DNA of 62,551 nt from Planctomycetota bacterium (GCA_947501605.1 CANMWZ010000025.1:1-62551), one strand, 5' to 3'. Positions 18,329 to 30,721 are shown, numbered from the stretch's first letter. The notes: a model not told the origin generated them from the sequence alone. Made by a program: numbers and translations.

Positions 18329-19828
18329 TCAGGCATAAACCAGCAGCGTCGCAATCGCGTGCACGGCTAGCACGAGTCCCATGGAAAGGACGATGGCGCC
18401 GTTGACTGCGTCACCAACCTCCGCACCAGAGCGCTTGGGCCCCGTTCCAAGGTGGAAACAGGTCAGAGCAACCAAGTAGCCGGACGATACGGACTTCAGC
18501 AGCACGACCTTCCCGTCCATGGCATCGACGGTGCGGAACCAGGCCTGCGCCCAGCCGGCTGTGGTGATTCCCGACACCGACTGCGCAGCTAGCAAGCCGG
18601 CGAACGACGCGGCGATCATTCCTGCGAACGTGACGATGGGCAACCCGATCGCCATGCCCCAGACGAGCGGCGTCAGCAGGTAGTCGACAGGATCGACTCC
18701 CATCATGCGCAGCGCGCTGACCTGTTGGGTCCGCGTCATCGTGCCGAGTCTGGCGGCGGCTCCGGCAGCAATGCGTGCAGTGAAGAAGAAGCCGCACAGG
18801 AGCGGCACCAGAACGGCCAGCAAGACCTTGCCTGTCCCGGTCAGCAACGCGCTCTCGAAGCCGCCTTCGATCGGGTTGTTGCGCAAGGCGAAGAACGTCG
18901 CGAGGCCACCGATCACTCCGCTCGCACCAGCGACGAAGAACATCGGCGTCAGCACGCAGTGCACGACGGAACGCACGACTTGGCCGAGTTCGACCGGTGG
19001 CAACCGCAGCAGCGAACTGACGGACGTGTGGCTGATGCCCGCGAATGCGAGCAAGCCGTGCCGCAGCCCGTGTACCAGTTCACCTTCCCCTGCGGTCGCA
19101 CCAGCTCTCGCCTTGACCGGCGGTGCCTTCCAACGGAACTCACGATCGTGCAGTCGCAGCGTCCGCTCGGCGCGATTCAGTTCGAGCACGCCATCGTAGC
19201 AACCGGCAAACGCATCGACGTCGTGGGTGACGACCACCGTGGTTCGTTGACGCGCCAGGTCGTGCGCGCGACGCAACAATTGCGCGATCTGCCGTGCGGC
19301 CTCCGGATCGAGGCCCGCGACAGGCTCATCGCAGAAGAGAACCGCCGGCTCGGCCGCCAGCGCGCGCGCGACCGCGAGGCGCTTGCGCATGCCGCCCGAC
19401 AGCGAGGCCACGCGATCCGGCGCCGGATCGAGCCCTACCTCTGCAAGCAGCGCCGGCGCCATGCGGATCGAGCGATCGGCGGCCCGCAGCGCAAGCTCGA
19501 CGTTTTGACGCGGCGTGATCTCATCGAGCAAACCCTCGTCCTGCAAGATCGCAGCGATGCGGGCCTGCAGACTCGCCGGTGGACCCTCGCGCACGGACAC
19601 GCCTAGGCACTCGAACTCGCCAGCCGTGCGCGGCAACGGTTCGCGCGCATCGACGAGACCGGCGCACAAACGCATGAGGCTCGACTTGCCACCGCCGCTG
19701 TGCCCAACGAGTAGATAGAAGCCACCGCTCGGTACTTCGAGCGTGACACGATCGAGCAGGATCTCTTCGCTGTCCTGCCGACGATGCGCCAGTGTGAAAC
19801 TGCGCAGCGACCAGAACGAAGCAGCCAT
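18329..19828 (-). CDS. Fused ABC ATPase (MlaF-like) and MlaE-family permease
   Basis: Walker A GHSGGGKS, LSGGMRKR, FCDEPVAGLDP and VVTHD, then the MlaE motif PLLCGFFFTARIAAGAAARLGTMTRTQQVSALRMMGVDPVDYLLTP and GAEVGDAVNGAIV, all in one frame. Confidence 0.85.
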   Translation of the reverse strand: MAASFWSLRSFTLAHRRQDSEEILLDRVTLEVPSGGFYLLVGHSGGGKSSLMRLCAGLVDAREPLPRTAGEFECLGVSVREGPPASLQARIAAILQDEGLLDEITPRQNVELALRAADRSIRMAPALLAEVGLDPAPDRVASLSGGMRKRLAVARALAAEPAVLFCDEPVAGLDPEAARQIAQLLRRAHDLARQRTTVVVTHDVDAFAGCYDGVLELNRAERTLRLHDREFRWKAPPVKARAGATAGEGELVHGLRHGLLAFAGISHTSVSSLLRLPPVELGQVVRSVVHCVLTPMFFVAGASGVIGGLATFFALRNNPIEGGFESALLTGTGKVLLAVLVPLLCGFFFTARIAAGAAARLGTMTRTQQVSALRMMGVDPVDYLLTPLVWGMAIGLPIVTFAGMIAASFAGLLAAQSVSGITTAGWAQAWFRTVDAMDGKVVLLKSVSSGYLVALTCFHLGTGPKRSGAEVGDAVNGAIVLSMGLVLAVHAIATLLVYA

Positions 19829-19834
19829 CGTCGC

Positions 19835-21313
19835 CTACGGCCGCGGCCGCAGATCCTGCGGAACCGAGTCGATGGGCACCGAGGCCTGCGAACTGTTCTT
19901 GCGCATACCACTCTGGCCCAAGACACCGAGGACCTTGCCATCGCGGACGATGGCACCACCGCGATAGCTCGGCAGCAGGTCGGATGCGCTCAGCGCGCTG
20001 GCCGCCAAGGCTTGACCGTCGGCCTGTACGGCGCGCACTTCACTGACGTCCTCGATCGGCGCCTTCGAGAAAGCCAGCATGTCGCCGGGTGTTCCGATCA
20101 GTGCCGGCGGTGGTTCGTCGAGCACGAGAACCGTCAAGTCGAGGCCGTCAGGCGCCACCCAGACGCGGTGAGCACGAAGGACCGGACCGTCGGGCAGCTT
20201 GACCTTGATCTGCTCCTTGGCGATGTCTGGCTCACCGCCAAACGTATCGCTGGTGATGTAGGCGCCGTCGGCTGCACTACGCGCCGTCAACACCACCGCG
20301 CGGCCGCTGCCGTCGAGATAGAGAACGCCCGTGCCTTCGCTCTGCACCGGATCATCGGCCGACATCGCGTCCTCTTCGACAGCGGCATAGACAATGCGAA
20401 CGAGCACCAGAGGATCGCCGGGCACGAGCACCGGGCGCGCGGGACTCACCAGGGCTGCGCTCGGGACCTCGCTCGCATCGAGATCGGGTCGCACCGCCGA
20501 AGCTGCTGCGCGATAGCCGTCCACGACTGGAGCACCTTTGCCTGGATCGGTCACGTAGCTGACGAACGGTGACACGAGCGAGGCAACATCCGCAACCGTG
20601 AACCCCGACAGCAGTGCTCCTGACACGTACGGACGTGCGACCCAGAACTCCGTCTGATCCGTCACGGTGTGGCGGTGGCGATTGCTGATCCGGAGAACCA
20701 CTTCGACATGGCTCCCGTCCTGCGCCAATTGCACGCTGCGAACGTCACCAGTCTGTGTGCCGCGAAACACCACCGGAGAACCGGCGCGCAAGCCGTGGTT
20801 CTCGGTGACCAGCAGACTCATCAGCAAGTCGCCGTGGGCGATCGGTTCGAGTGCATCGGGTTCGATCGTCGGTGGAGGTCGCTCGGCCCCAGCAAGCAGG
20901 CTTCCTGGCAACAACCTCGTGCCGCGCTCCGGCGGCGTTAGAAACGCGACGTAGGTGTCGCGGACCAGCGTGTCGAGACCGGACGCACCAGACGTCAGTC
21001 CGGAGAACCGCGGCGACACGATCCAGAACGAGCTGTTGAGGCACGCCTGCTCGGTGCCCGCCTCGTCGAGCACGAGAGAAACCACAGCCTTCGTGCCGTC
21101 CCCCGCGATCTGCACGTTGGCGACCGTACCGACGGTGACACCGCGATACCTCACGTCGGCGCCGGCACGGAGACCTCGAGCGTCACGAAAGTCGATGCGT
21201 AGCTGCAGGCCAGGATGATCCTGCGCAGCACTGAGCATGCTCCACAACATCGAGGCGCCGAGGAGCGTCAGCGCCAGAGTCAACAGACCGATCAGGTAGC
21301 GAGTGCGATGCAT
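19835..21313 (-). CDS. MlaD/MCE family protein with two PqiB-type MCE domains and a C-terminal degenerate trypsin-like domain
   Basis: N-terminal TM; GLRAGADVRYRGVTVGTV and GLRAGSPVVFRGTQTGDV MCE motifs; PqiB-like SFWIVSPRFSG...SGLDTLVRDTYV; C-terminal EGTGVL..VLTARS..DLTVL..YRGGAIVRDGKVLGVL. Confidence 0.82.
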   Translation of the reverse strand: MHRTRYLIGLLTLALTLLGASMLWSMLSAAQDHPGLQLRIDFRDARGLRAGADVRYRGVTVGTVANVQIAGDGTKAVVSLVLDEAGTEQACLNSSFWIVSPRFSGLTSGASGLDTLVRDTYVAFLTPPERGTRLLPGSLLAGAERPPPTIEPDALEPIAHGDLLMSLLVTENHGLRAGSPVVFRGTQTGDVRSVQLAQDGSHVEVVLRISNRHRHTVTDQTEFWVARPYVSGALLSGFTVADVASLVSPFVSYVTDPGKGAPVVDGYRAAASAVRPDLDASEVPSAALVSPARPVLVPGDPLVLVRIVYAAVEEDAMSADDPVQSEGTGVLYLDGSGRAVVLTARSAADGAYITSDTFGGEPDIAKEQIKVKLPDGPVLRAHRVWVAPDGLDLTVLVLDEPPPALIGTPGDMLAFSKAPIEDVSEVRAVQADGQALAASALSASDLLPSYRGGAIVRDGKVLGVLGQSGMRKNSSQASVPIDSVPQDLRPRP

Positions 21314-21394
21314 GGCGAACTCGGCGCGGAAAAGTCGGTCGTGCCCCGATCTGTCCACCGCTGCGCTTTGGCAGCAGACAGCGGCCTCGAGGAC

Positions 21395-24161
<2,767 letters not shown>

Positions 24162-24232
24162 TCGCAGTGGTGTCGTCGGTCGGGTTCGCTTGGGGTCTGA
24201 TCGCTGGACTCGCTGATCACAGCCCCCCAGTC

Positions 24233-25327
24233 TCAGGTCCCACTGATGGGCATGACGACGTAGGTGAACGACTCACCGAGGGTGAACTTGGCTGGCATCG
24301 AGTCGTCCGACATGTCGAGCCGCACGACGTCGAGGTCGCAGACGCGAAGGGCTTCGAGGATGAAGTCGGGGTTGAAGTTGATCGAGCCACCGGCTCCCTT
24401 CGTCGTGACGTCCATCGTGACGTCAGCGCGGCCGCGCGTACTGTTTTCTGCCATCAACCGCAGGAGGCTGTCCTGCACTTCGAAGCGAACGCTCCGCAGA
24501 TCGTCGGCGCACAGAATCGCGGTCTTGCGCAGGTTGCTCTCGAGCATCGCACGGTTGAGTTCGACCGTCGTATCTGCCGCCTTCGGCACGACGCCCTCGT
24601 AGTCCGGGAAGCGGCTGTCGAGCAGCTGACAGACCAAGCGTACCTTGCCGAGGCGGAACTCGATCTGCTTGTCGCCAACGGCGATCTGAAGGTCTTCCTT
24701 GCTGCCGTCCGAGATCGCACGGCCAAGGGTCGACAGTGCGCGCAGCGGGACGATGGCCTTGAACTCGGTCTTGGAATCGACGTTCTCGTAGCTCAGCGAC
24801 AGGCGTCGACCGTCGGTCGCGACCAACCGCAAGCAACCAGCGGCCATGTCGAACATCACGCCGTGGATCGCGTAGCGCGTGTCCTCGCGGGCTGCGGCAA
24901 AGGCAGTCTCCTGGATCATCCGCAGCATGCGGCCGGAAGGGATAGTGACGGTCTTGCCGCTCTTGATCGCCGTGTCCTCTGGGAACTGCTCAGGATCCTC
25001 GCCAAGCAGCACGAACGAACCGCCGCCGCTCTCGAGGCGACAACGCTGGTCAATGCGCTCCAGGGTGACCGTGGGGTCCGAAAGTTCGCGCAGCAGGGCA
25101 GAGCACTCGCGCGCCGGAAGAAGCACGCTGCCGGGCTTGTGGACCTTCACCGCGTCGATGGTGACCTTGGCAGCCATCTCGAGGTCGGTTGCGAACAAGC
25201 TGATCGAGCCGTCACCTGCAGTTAGCAGGATGTTCTGCAGGATCGGTTTGGTGGTCTTGGCTGGAACGACAGAGCCGACGACGCCGAAGGCTTCCTGTAG
25301 CTGGGTGCGGTCACAGAGGATCTTCAT
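24233..25327 (-). CDS. dnaN: DNA polymerase III beta sliding clamp
   Basis: TTKPILQNILL, LFATDLE, TAFAAAREDTRYAIHGV, LVATDGRRLS, SRFPDYEGVVP, FNPDFILEAL, YVVMPI. Start MKILCDR. Confidence 0.96.
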   Translation of the reverse strand: MKILCDRTQLQEAFGVVGSVVPAKTTKPILQNILLTAGDGSISLFATDLEMAAKVTIDAVKVHKPGSVLLPARECSALLRELSDPTVTLERIDQRCRLESGGGSFVLLGEDPEQFPEDTAIKSGKTVTIPSGRMLRMIQETAFAAAREDTRYAIHGVMFDMAAGCLRLVATDGRRLSLSYENVDSKTEFKAIVPLRALSTLGRAISDGSKEDLQIAVGDKQIEFRLGKVRLVCQLLDSRFPDYEGVVPKAADTTVELNRAMLESNLRKTAILCADDLRSVRFEVQDSLLRLMAENSTRGRADVTMDVTTKGAGGSINFNPDFILEALRVCDLDVVRLDMSDDSMPAKFTLGESFTYVVMPISGT

Positions 25328-25894
25328 CGACGGTGCTGGGCTGTGAGACGAGGTTGGAGATGCTCGGGTACCGCGAGCGGACACGTCAGGAGAAGAGAAG
25401 AAGAGAAATCTCTCTCTCTTCGTATTAGTCGTGTTGTCGCGAGTCTGGAAGGATAGCCATCGCAGGCGAGCATATCGACCTGCAAAGGGCGCAGTTGATG
25501 GGTTGCGCTGGGATCTTCGCGATGGGGAGAACTCCACTTTCCGAAGCGATTCGCTTCCACCTTTCCGCCATCGGGAGGCATCGCGCATCCGGCGTCGCGC
25601 GAGTGTCAGCGATCATCCAGGCGACTCCCACGATTACACCCGGAGTGTCCGGTGGCTTCCCAGAGCTCTTTTGTCCCCTTGCGCCCCAAGGTCACGGTGC
25701 TGGGCGTAACGGATGCGCGAGACGTCAAAAGATGCGCACCCCACGGCGACGCACGGAGAGGGTAGCGGACGTTGGTGCCAGGGGCGTGCTGGTTCCCGCG
25801 TCAGTGGGCACGTAGCCGTCAGCAGCAGCTGGCCGCGACAGGCAGAGCCTCAGCGAAGGTGCACGACCAGCGACGACTGGGTCGCTGGGTGCGT
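25328..25894. other. Candidate replication origin (dnaA-dnaN intergenic region)
   Basis: 567-bp non-coding gap between dnaA and dnaN. Locally AT-rich purine/pyrimidine tract and NNA-periodic trinucleotides (ACA CGA CTA ATA CGA AGA on the minus strand, about 25391-25440) just upstream of dnaN. No perfect TTATCCACA seen. Confidence 0.45.
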
Positions 25895-27367
25895 TCAACG
25901 AAAGTTGCGACCCACGAGGCGCGTCGCCAAGCTCTCGAGCATCTCGCGGAAGAGACGGTCGGAAACACTGCGGTCGCGGATCTTGGTCACGGCGTAGAGC
26001 ACCGTGGTGTGATCGCGATTGCCGAACACGCGACCGATGTCTTCGAGCGACAACTCGGTGTGCTCACGCAGCAGATACATCGCGATCTGTCGTGGCAAGC
26101 TGATGGCTTGGGTGCGGCTCTTTCCCGTCAGATCGCGAGCGCTGATCGCAAACTCGGCGGTGATCAGCTCGACGACCTCGTCGGTCGAGACCTGTGTGAG
26201 CCGCGTCACCGCGACGCCGCGCAACGCTTCGCTGGCAAGCTCGAGAGTGATGGGACGACCCGTGATCGCGGCGACCCCGACGACCTTGGTAACCGCACCT
26301 TCGAGCTCACGGATGTTCGCAGTCACGCGTTCGGCGATGTAGCACGACACGTCATCGGCAAGTTCGCTGCCGCGGCTCTTCGCCTTGCGCCGCACGATCG
26401 CGACGCGGGTTTCGAAGCAGGGCGATTCGATCTCGGCGACGAGGCCCCACTTGAAGCGCGACACCAGCCGCTCCTCGATGGTTGGGATCTCGACTGGCGA
26501 CCGGTCAGACGACAACACGATCTGCTTCTGCAGGTTGTAGAGCGAGTTGAACGTGTGGAAGAACTCTTCCTGCGTCTTGTCCTTGTTGGCGAGGAACTGG
26601 ACGTCGTCGATGACGAGCACGTCGACGCGCCGGTGCAGGTTGCGGAACTCGTCGAGAGCGCCTGCTTGGATCGCGTTGATGAACGTGTTCGTGAAGTCCT
26701 CACAGCTCAGGTAGAGGACCCGCGCGGCGGGGTTGCGCTTGGTGATCGTGTGGCAGATCGCCTGCAGCAAGTGCGACTTGCCGAGGCCGACGTTGCCGTG
26801 GATGAACAGCGGGTTGTAGGCGCCACCTGGGTTCTCGGCGACGGCGAGCGCCGACGCATGCGCGAGACGATTGCACGGGCCGACCACGAACTTGTCGAAG
26901 GCGTAGTGCGGATTGAGGACCAGCGGGTGCCGGCGTTCCATCGCTGGATTGCCAGCCGCATCGCTGCGCAGCGGCATCTCGTTGGCGCCGACACCGGGCT
27001 GCAGATTGGCACTTGCCTGGCTGGCGGCGTTGGCGCGCGCCGAGGGACCGGAGTTGGCTGGACGGACGGTCGCGTCGAGGCCGACGATGGCCAGACTGTC
27101 CCAACCGTCTTCGGGACGGAGGCTCACGGCAACCGAGCGCAGGCGGCCATCGGAGCCGGCGACGTCGCGCAAGGTCGGAAGGTGGTTCTTCTGGATCCAG
27201 TCACGAACGAACTGGCTGGTCACCGAGAACTCCATCTCCCGGTCATCGACGCGCCCCAGGCGCAGCGAGCGGAACCAAGTCTCGAACTGCTCCCGGCGCA
27301 CCCTGGCAAGCAGCTGTGACAACACGGTTTGCTGCATGTCGGCTCTTGGTGGCTGGTCGCTGGTCAT
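25895..27367 (-). CDS. dnaA: Chromosomal replication initiator DnaA
   Basis: FETWF domain I, LNPHYAFDKFVVGPCNRLA, YNPLFIHGNVGLGKSHLL, LVIDDVQFL, TQEEFFHTFN, RLVSRFKWGL, NIRELEGA, FGNRDHTTVLYA. Start approximate (ATG 27367 or 27337). Confidence 0.96.
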   Translation of the reverse strand: MTSDQPPRADMQQTVLSQLLARVRREQFETWFRSLRLGRVDDREMEFSVTSQFVRDWIQKNHLPTLRDVAGSDGRLRSVAVSLRPEDGWDSLAIVGLDATVRPANSGPSARANAASQASANLQPGVGANEMPLRSDAAGNPAMERRHPLVLNPHYAFDKFVVGPCNRLAHASALAVAENPGGAYNPLFIHGNVGLGKSHLLQAICHTITKRNPAARVLYLSCEDFTNTFINAIQAGALDEFRNLHRRVDVLVIDDVQFLANKDKTQEEFFHTFNSLYNLQKQIVLSSDRSPVEIPTIEERLVSRFKWGLVAEIESPCFETRVAIVRRKAKSRGSELADDVSCYIAERVTANIRELEGAVTKVVGVAAITGRPITLELASEALRGVAVTRLTQVSTDEVVELITAEFAISARDLTGKSRTQAISLPRQIAMYLLREHTELSLEDIGRVFGNRDHTTVLYAVTKIRDRSVSDRLFREMLESLATRLVGRNFR

Positions 27368-27797
27368 CGCGGATGGCCCCTTGGTCGTAGGGTCGTCGTG
27401 TGCGCTGGATACCACCAAAGGAGGGATGGCACCGGAGGGGCTGGACGTTGGGTTACGTTCCAAGGCGGCAAGGTCGATGGGAACGAACTGGGCAGACTCG
27501 TCCCTTCGGACGGTTTCCCGTTGTTCGATCCAGCGTTGTGGGAGGGTAGTGACGTCGACGAACCCGCACAGCCTTGGCAGGGGCTAGGCGGTCGGCGACG
27601 AGAGCAAGGCTGACGATCACCGCGGGTGCAACTTGGCTAGGCGTGCCAAGCGAGCGCACCAACGGCTCCTCGATGGTGCGTTTCTTTACCGACGCTGTTC
27701 GAAGATGCCAAGACTCTCGAACAACTTTCGAACAGGGCCGCAGCGCGTATCGACGCTCGCTCGCCACCACCAACGACTTGAGGTCGATGCCGGTCGC

Positions 27798-28931
27798 TCA
27801 GCTTTTTTTCTGGAGCCGCGACAACACGTCAGCAACGCAGCGACCGGCGCGTGCTCCCATCTCAGCATCGGACCGATGATCGAAACTGAAACGCACGCAC
27901 GAACGCGCGAGCGACTCGGAGAGTCCCATCGCCAACAGCACGGCTGGAGGTTGCGGCGAACCTGACGAACAGGCTGAGCCATGGGACGCAGCGACGAAGA
28001 TCAGGTCGAGCGCGGGCAGCAGGTTGCGCCCATCGACGTGGTCAAAGGCGATCATCGCGGTGTTGGGCACGCTCGCCAGAAGCGGCGTGAGCAGGCGATG
28101 CGAGACGTCGGCAGCACGAATGGCGTCGAGGAACTGTTGACGCACGGCGGCCATCGCACGCGCTCGGTCGTGGCATTCGACGATCGCGAGTTCGATCGCG
28201 AGCGCGGTGGCTGCAGCGAGCGAAGGGCTCACGGTGCCTGGCCGCAGGGTGTGTTCTTGACCGCCGCCCACAAGCAGCGGTCGCAGTGTGCGCTCCGCGT
28301 TGCGCACGACCAGCACCGCGCAGCCGCGCAGCCCCCCGCTCTTGTGCGGGGACAGGGCGACGCTGGTGGCACAACGGAGGACTTCGTCGAGCGGTACGCG
28401 GCCAAGCGTCTGAGCTGCGTCGACATGCATCGGCACCTGCATCTTGGCTGCGAGTTCAGCGGCCACCACTACCGGCTGCAGTGAACCAACTTCGCTTTGC
28501 CCGTGCACGAGACTGACGAGTCCGATCGGTTGCTTGGGTTCCGACACGACGGCGCGCGCAGTGGCGTCTACGGTCCACAGCACGGCGCCGCGAACGCGCG
28601 CCGGTTCGAGTACGGAGGGATGCTCGAGCGGCGCCAACAGGACTGGCAACGACCGGTCTCCGAGGCCAAGGACTGCCAAGTTGTTGGCCTCGGTGCCGCC
28701 AGAGCAGAACAGCACATCATCGGCCGCAACTGCCAGCGCGGCAGCGACCCGCGATCTGGCATGCTCAAGGACGGCGCGGGCGCGGCGACCGAACCGATGC
28801 ACGCTCGCCGGGTTTCCTGGACAGTCGCGCTCCACCTCGAGGAAATGCGCGAGCACCCGCGCATCGACCGGCGTGCCAGCGTTGTGGTCGAGGTGGAAGC
28901 CAACGTCGCGGTGCGAACTGGGCTCCGACAT
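27798..28931 (-). CDS. Cysteine desulfurase (IscS/NifS family, PLP-dependent)
   Basis: LDHNAGTP, GNPASVH, SGGTEANN, EHPSV, HVDAAQ, SPHKSGG (PLP lysine), RPGT, SHGSACSSG (catalytic Cys), VRFSF. Confidence 0.9.
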   Translation of the reverse strand: MSEPSSHRDVGFHLDHNAGTPVDARVLAHFLEVERDCPGNPASVHRFGRRARAVLEHARSRVAAALAVAADDVLFCSGGTEANNLAVLGLGDRSLPVLLAPLEHPSVLEPARVRGAVLWTVDATARAVVSEPKQPIGLVSLVHGQSEVGSLQPVVVAAELAAKMQVPMHVDAAQTLGRVPLDEVLRCATSVALSPHKSGGLRGCAVLVVRNAERTLRPLLVGGGQEHTLRPGTVSPSLAAATALAIELAIVECHDRARAMAAVRQQFLDAIRAADVSHRLLTPLLASVPNTAMIAFDHVDGRNLLPALDLIFVAASHGSACSSGSPQPPAVLLAMGLSESLARSCVRFSFDHRSDAEMGARAGRCVADVLSRLQKKS

Positions 28932-28938
28932 CACAGCC

Positions 28939-30048
28939 TCAGGACTTGGCGACGACCTGCTCGTAGAGCTCGACGTAGCGATCGATCACCGCGTCGGCCT
29001 TGAAGTGCAGCAGCGTACGTTCGCGGACCGCGATCGACTGCTTGCGGTAGAGATCGACGTCGGTCAACAGCTTGAGCGCCGCACTCGCCATCGCTTCAGG
29101 CGAGTTGAAGGGTGTCAGCACTCCGGTGTCGCCCATCACCTCGCGGACACCACCGACATCGGTGGCGACGCTCGGTACGCCACAGCTCATCGATTCGAGG
29201 ATGCTGAGCCCAAAACTCTCGGTTTCCGACGCCGACAAGAACAGATCGCTGTCGGCGATCACATCTTCGACGTTCTCCTTCGGGCCGAGCCATTCGACTT
29301 GATGGGAGCAACCGAGGTCGGTCGCGACCGCGAGTGCATGCTCGCGATCAGGGCCATCGCCGGCCAGTAGCAGGCGTGCTGGGATCTTCTGCTGGATCAA
29401 CGCGAAGGCACGCACCACGTCAGCCACGCGTTTGACCGGCCGGAAGTTCGACGCGTGCACAAGCACCCGTTCGTTGCCGTCACGTTCTGGCCAACGCTTG
29501 CCCTTGCCGGGCTTGAAGCGATCGGTATCGACGAAGTTCGGGAACACGTGAATCGGCTTGGTGACGCCAAACACGAGCCGCGTTTCGTCGGCGAGGTATT
29601 GGCTCACGGCCGTCACCGCATCGGACTGGTCGATGGCGAAACGCGTAGGTCGCATGTACGCACGATCGCTGCCGGCAACGGTGATGTCGGTGCCGTGAAG
29701 TGTCGTGATGAAGCGGAAACAGGAGCCACACATGCTGCGCGCCAGGAACGCGCTGACCGCGTGCGGGATCGCGTAGTGCACGTGGAAGACGTCGATGTTC
29801 GCTTCTTCGCGCACCTCGAGCAGCCGCGTCGCCAATGCGAGGTCGTACGGGGGGTACCGAAACAGCGGATACGCCGAGACCTGGACTTGGTGGAACCGCA
29901 AGCCAGGAATGCCGCGTCGCAACCGGCTCGGGCGGTCGTAGCTCAGGAGGTGCACTTCGTGACCACGCAGAGCCAGTACGTGGGCCATTTCGGTAGCCAC
30001 AACACCACTTCCGCCGATCGTCGGGTAGCAAACGATGCCGATGCGCAT
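28939..30048 (-). CDS. bshA: N-acetyl-alpha-D-glucosaminyl L-malate synthase
   Basis: IGIVCYPTIGGSGVVATE, YPLFRYPPYDLALA, HVHYAIPHA, TTLHGTDIT, HASNFRPVKRV, ETESFGLSILE. Confidence 0.92.
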   Translation of the reverse strand: MRIGIVCYPTIGGSGVVATEMAHVLALRGHEVHLLSYDRPSRLRRGIPGLRFHQVQVSAYPLFRYPPYDLALATRLLEVREEANIDVFHVHYAIPHAVSAFLARSMCGSCFRFITTLHGTDITVAGSDRAYMRPTRFAIDQSDAVTAVSQYLADETRLVFGVTKPIHVFPNFVDTDRFKPGKGKRWPERDGNERVLVHASNFRPVKRVADVVRAFALIQQKIPARLLLAGDGPDREHALAVATDLGCSHQVEWLGPKENVEDVIADSDLFLSASETESFGLSILESMSCGVPSVATDVGGVREVMGDTGVLTPFNSPEAMASAALKLLTDVDLYRKQSIAVRERTLLHFKADAVIDRYVELYEQVVAKS

Positions 30049-30054
30049 AGGTCG

Positions 30055-30060
30055 ATGATA
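30055..30060 (-). promoter_or_regulatory. Candidate -10 box (TATCAT) of a leaderless bshA transcript
   Basis: TANNNT exactly 6 nt before ATG 30048; no SD sequence. Confidence 0.4.
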
Positions 30061-30117
30061 CGCAGGGCGGCGCCGGAACGATGCAGGTGAGATCGCTCTG
30101 CTGTGCGCCCGCGGCTC

Positions 30118-30714
30118 TCAGTGTCGTTCGAGCGCGAGCGGAAACGTCATCGTCAAGGTGAGCCCGTTCTGTGCTCCGGTCGCGAGTTGGCAACGGCCGC
30201 GCCAAGAGGTCGCAAATGCGCGCAGCGTCAACGAGCGTGCTTCCAGGTCCCTGACGACATCGTTGCAACGGATCTCGAGCACTGCTTGCTCGTCATCGGC
30301 AAAGGTCCGCACCGCCACCTCGCTCCCGGGCGCGCAGCCGCCTGAGCAGATCGAAAGTGCGCGTTCGACGGCGTGGCGCAACTCGTCCGGATGGCACGCT
30401 ACCTTGGGCAGGCCTCCGTGCAGTTGCTGGCGGATCACGAGCGGCACCTTGGCGCTGGCGGTGAAGGCACGAACGGAGGATTCGACCTCACGATCGAGGT
30501 CGGCGCGCGAAACTGCGGTCGCCTCTGCGACGTCCTGCAGCAAGGATGCGACGATGCGGTGCAGATTGGCGATGCCACCGTCGAAGCCGGCGACCAGATC
30601 GTCGGTCCCGAACGGATCGAGCTGATCGCCACGAGCCAGCTCTTCGAGTTGCTGATTCAGGGCGGCAAGGCAATCGCCCAGTTCGCCATCCAGGTCGTCG
30701 TCGGAGCGGTTCAC
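30118..30714 (-). CDS. Degenerate histidine-kinase-like (HATPase_c fold) protein
   Basis: LHRIVASLL...DLDREVESSV...LPKVACHPDELRHAVERAL...EVAVRT...AVLEIR...GRCQLATG.NGLTLTMTFP follows the HK C-terminal scaffold, but the N, G1 and G2 boxes are not recognisable. Confidence 0.55.
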   Translation of the reverse strand: MNRSDDDLDGELGDCLAALNQQLEELARGDQLDPFGTDDLVAGFDGGIANLHRIVASLLQDVAEATAVSRADLDREVESSVRAFTASAKVPLVIRQQLHGGLPKVACHPDELRHAVERALSICSGGCAPGSEVAVRTFADDEQAVLEIRCNDVVRDLEARSLTLRAFATSWRGRCQLATGAQNGLTLTMTFPLALERH

Positions 30715-30721
30715 GCCCGAT

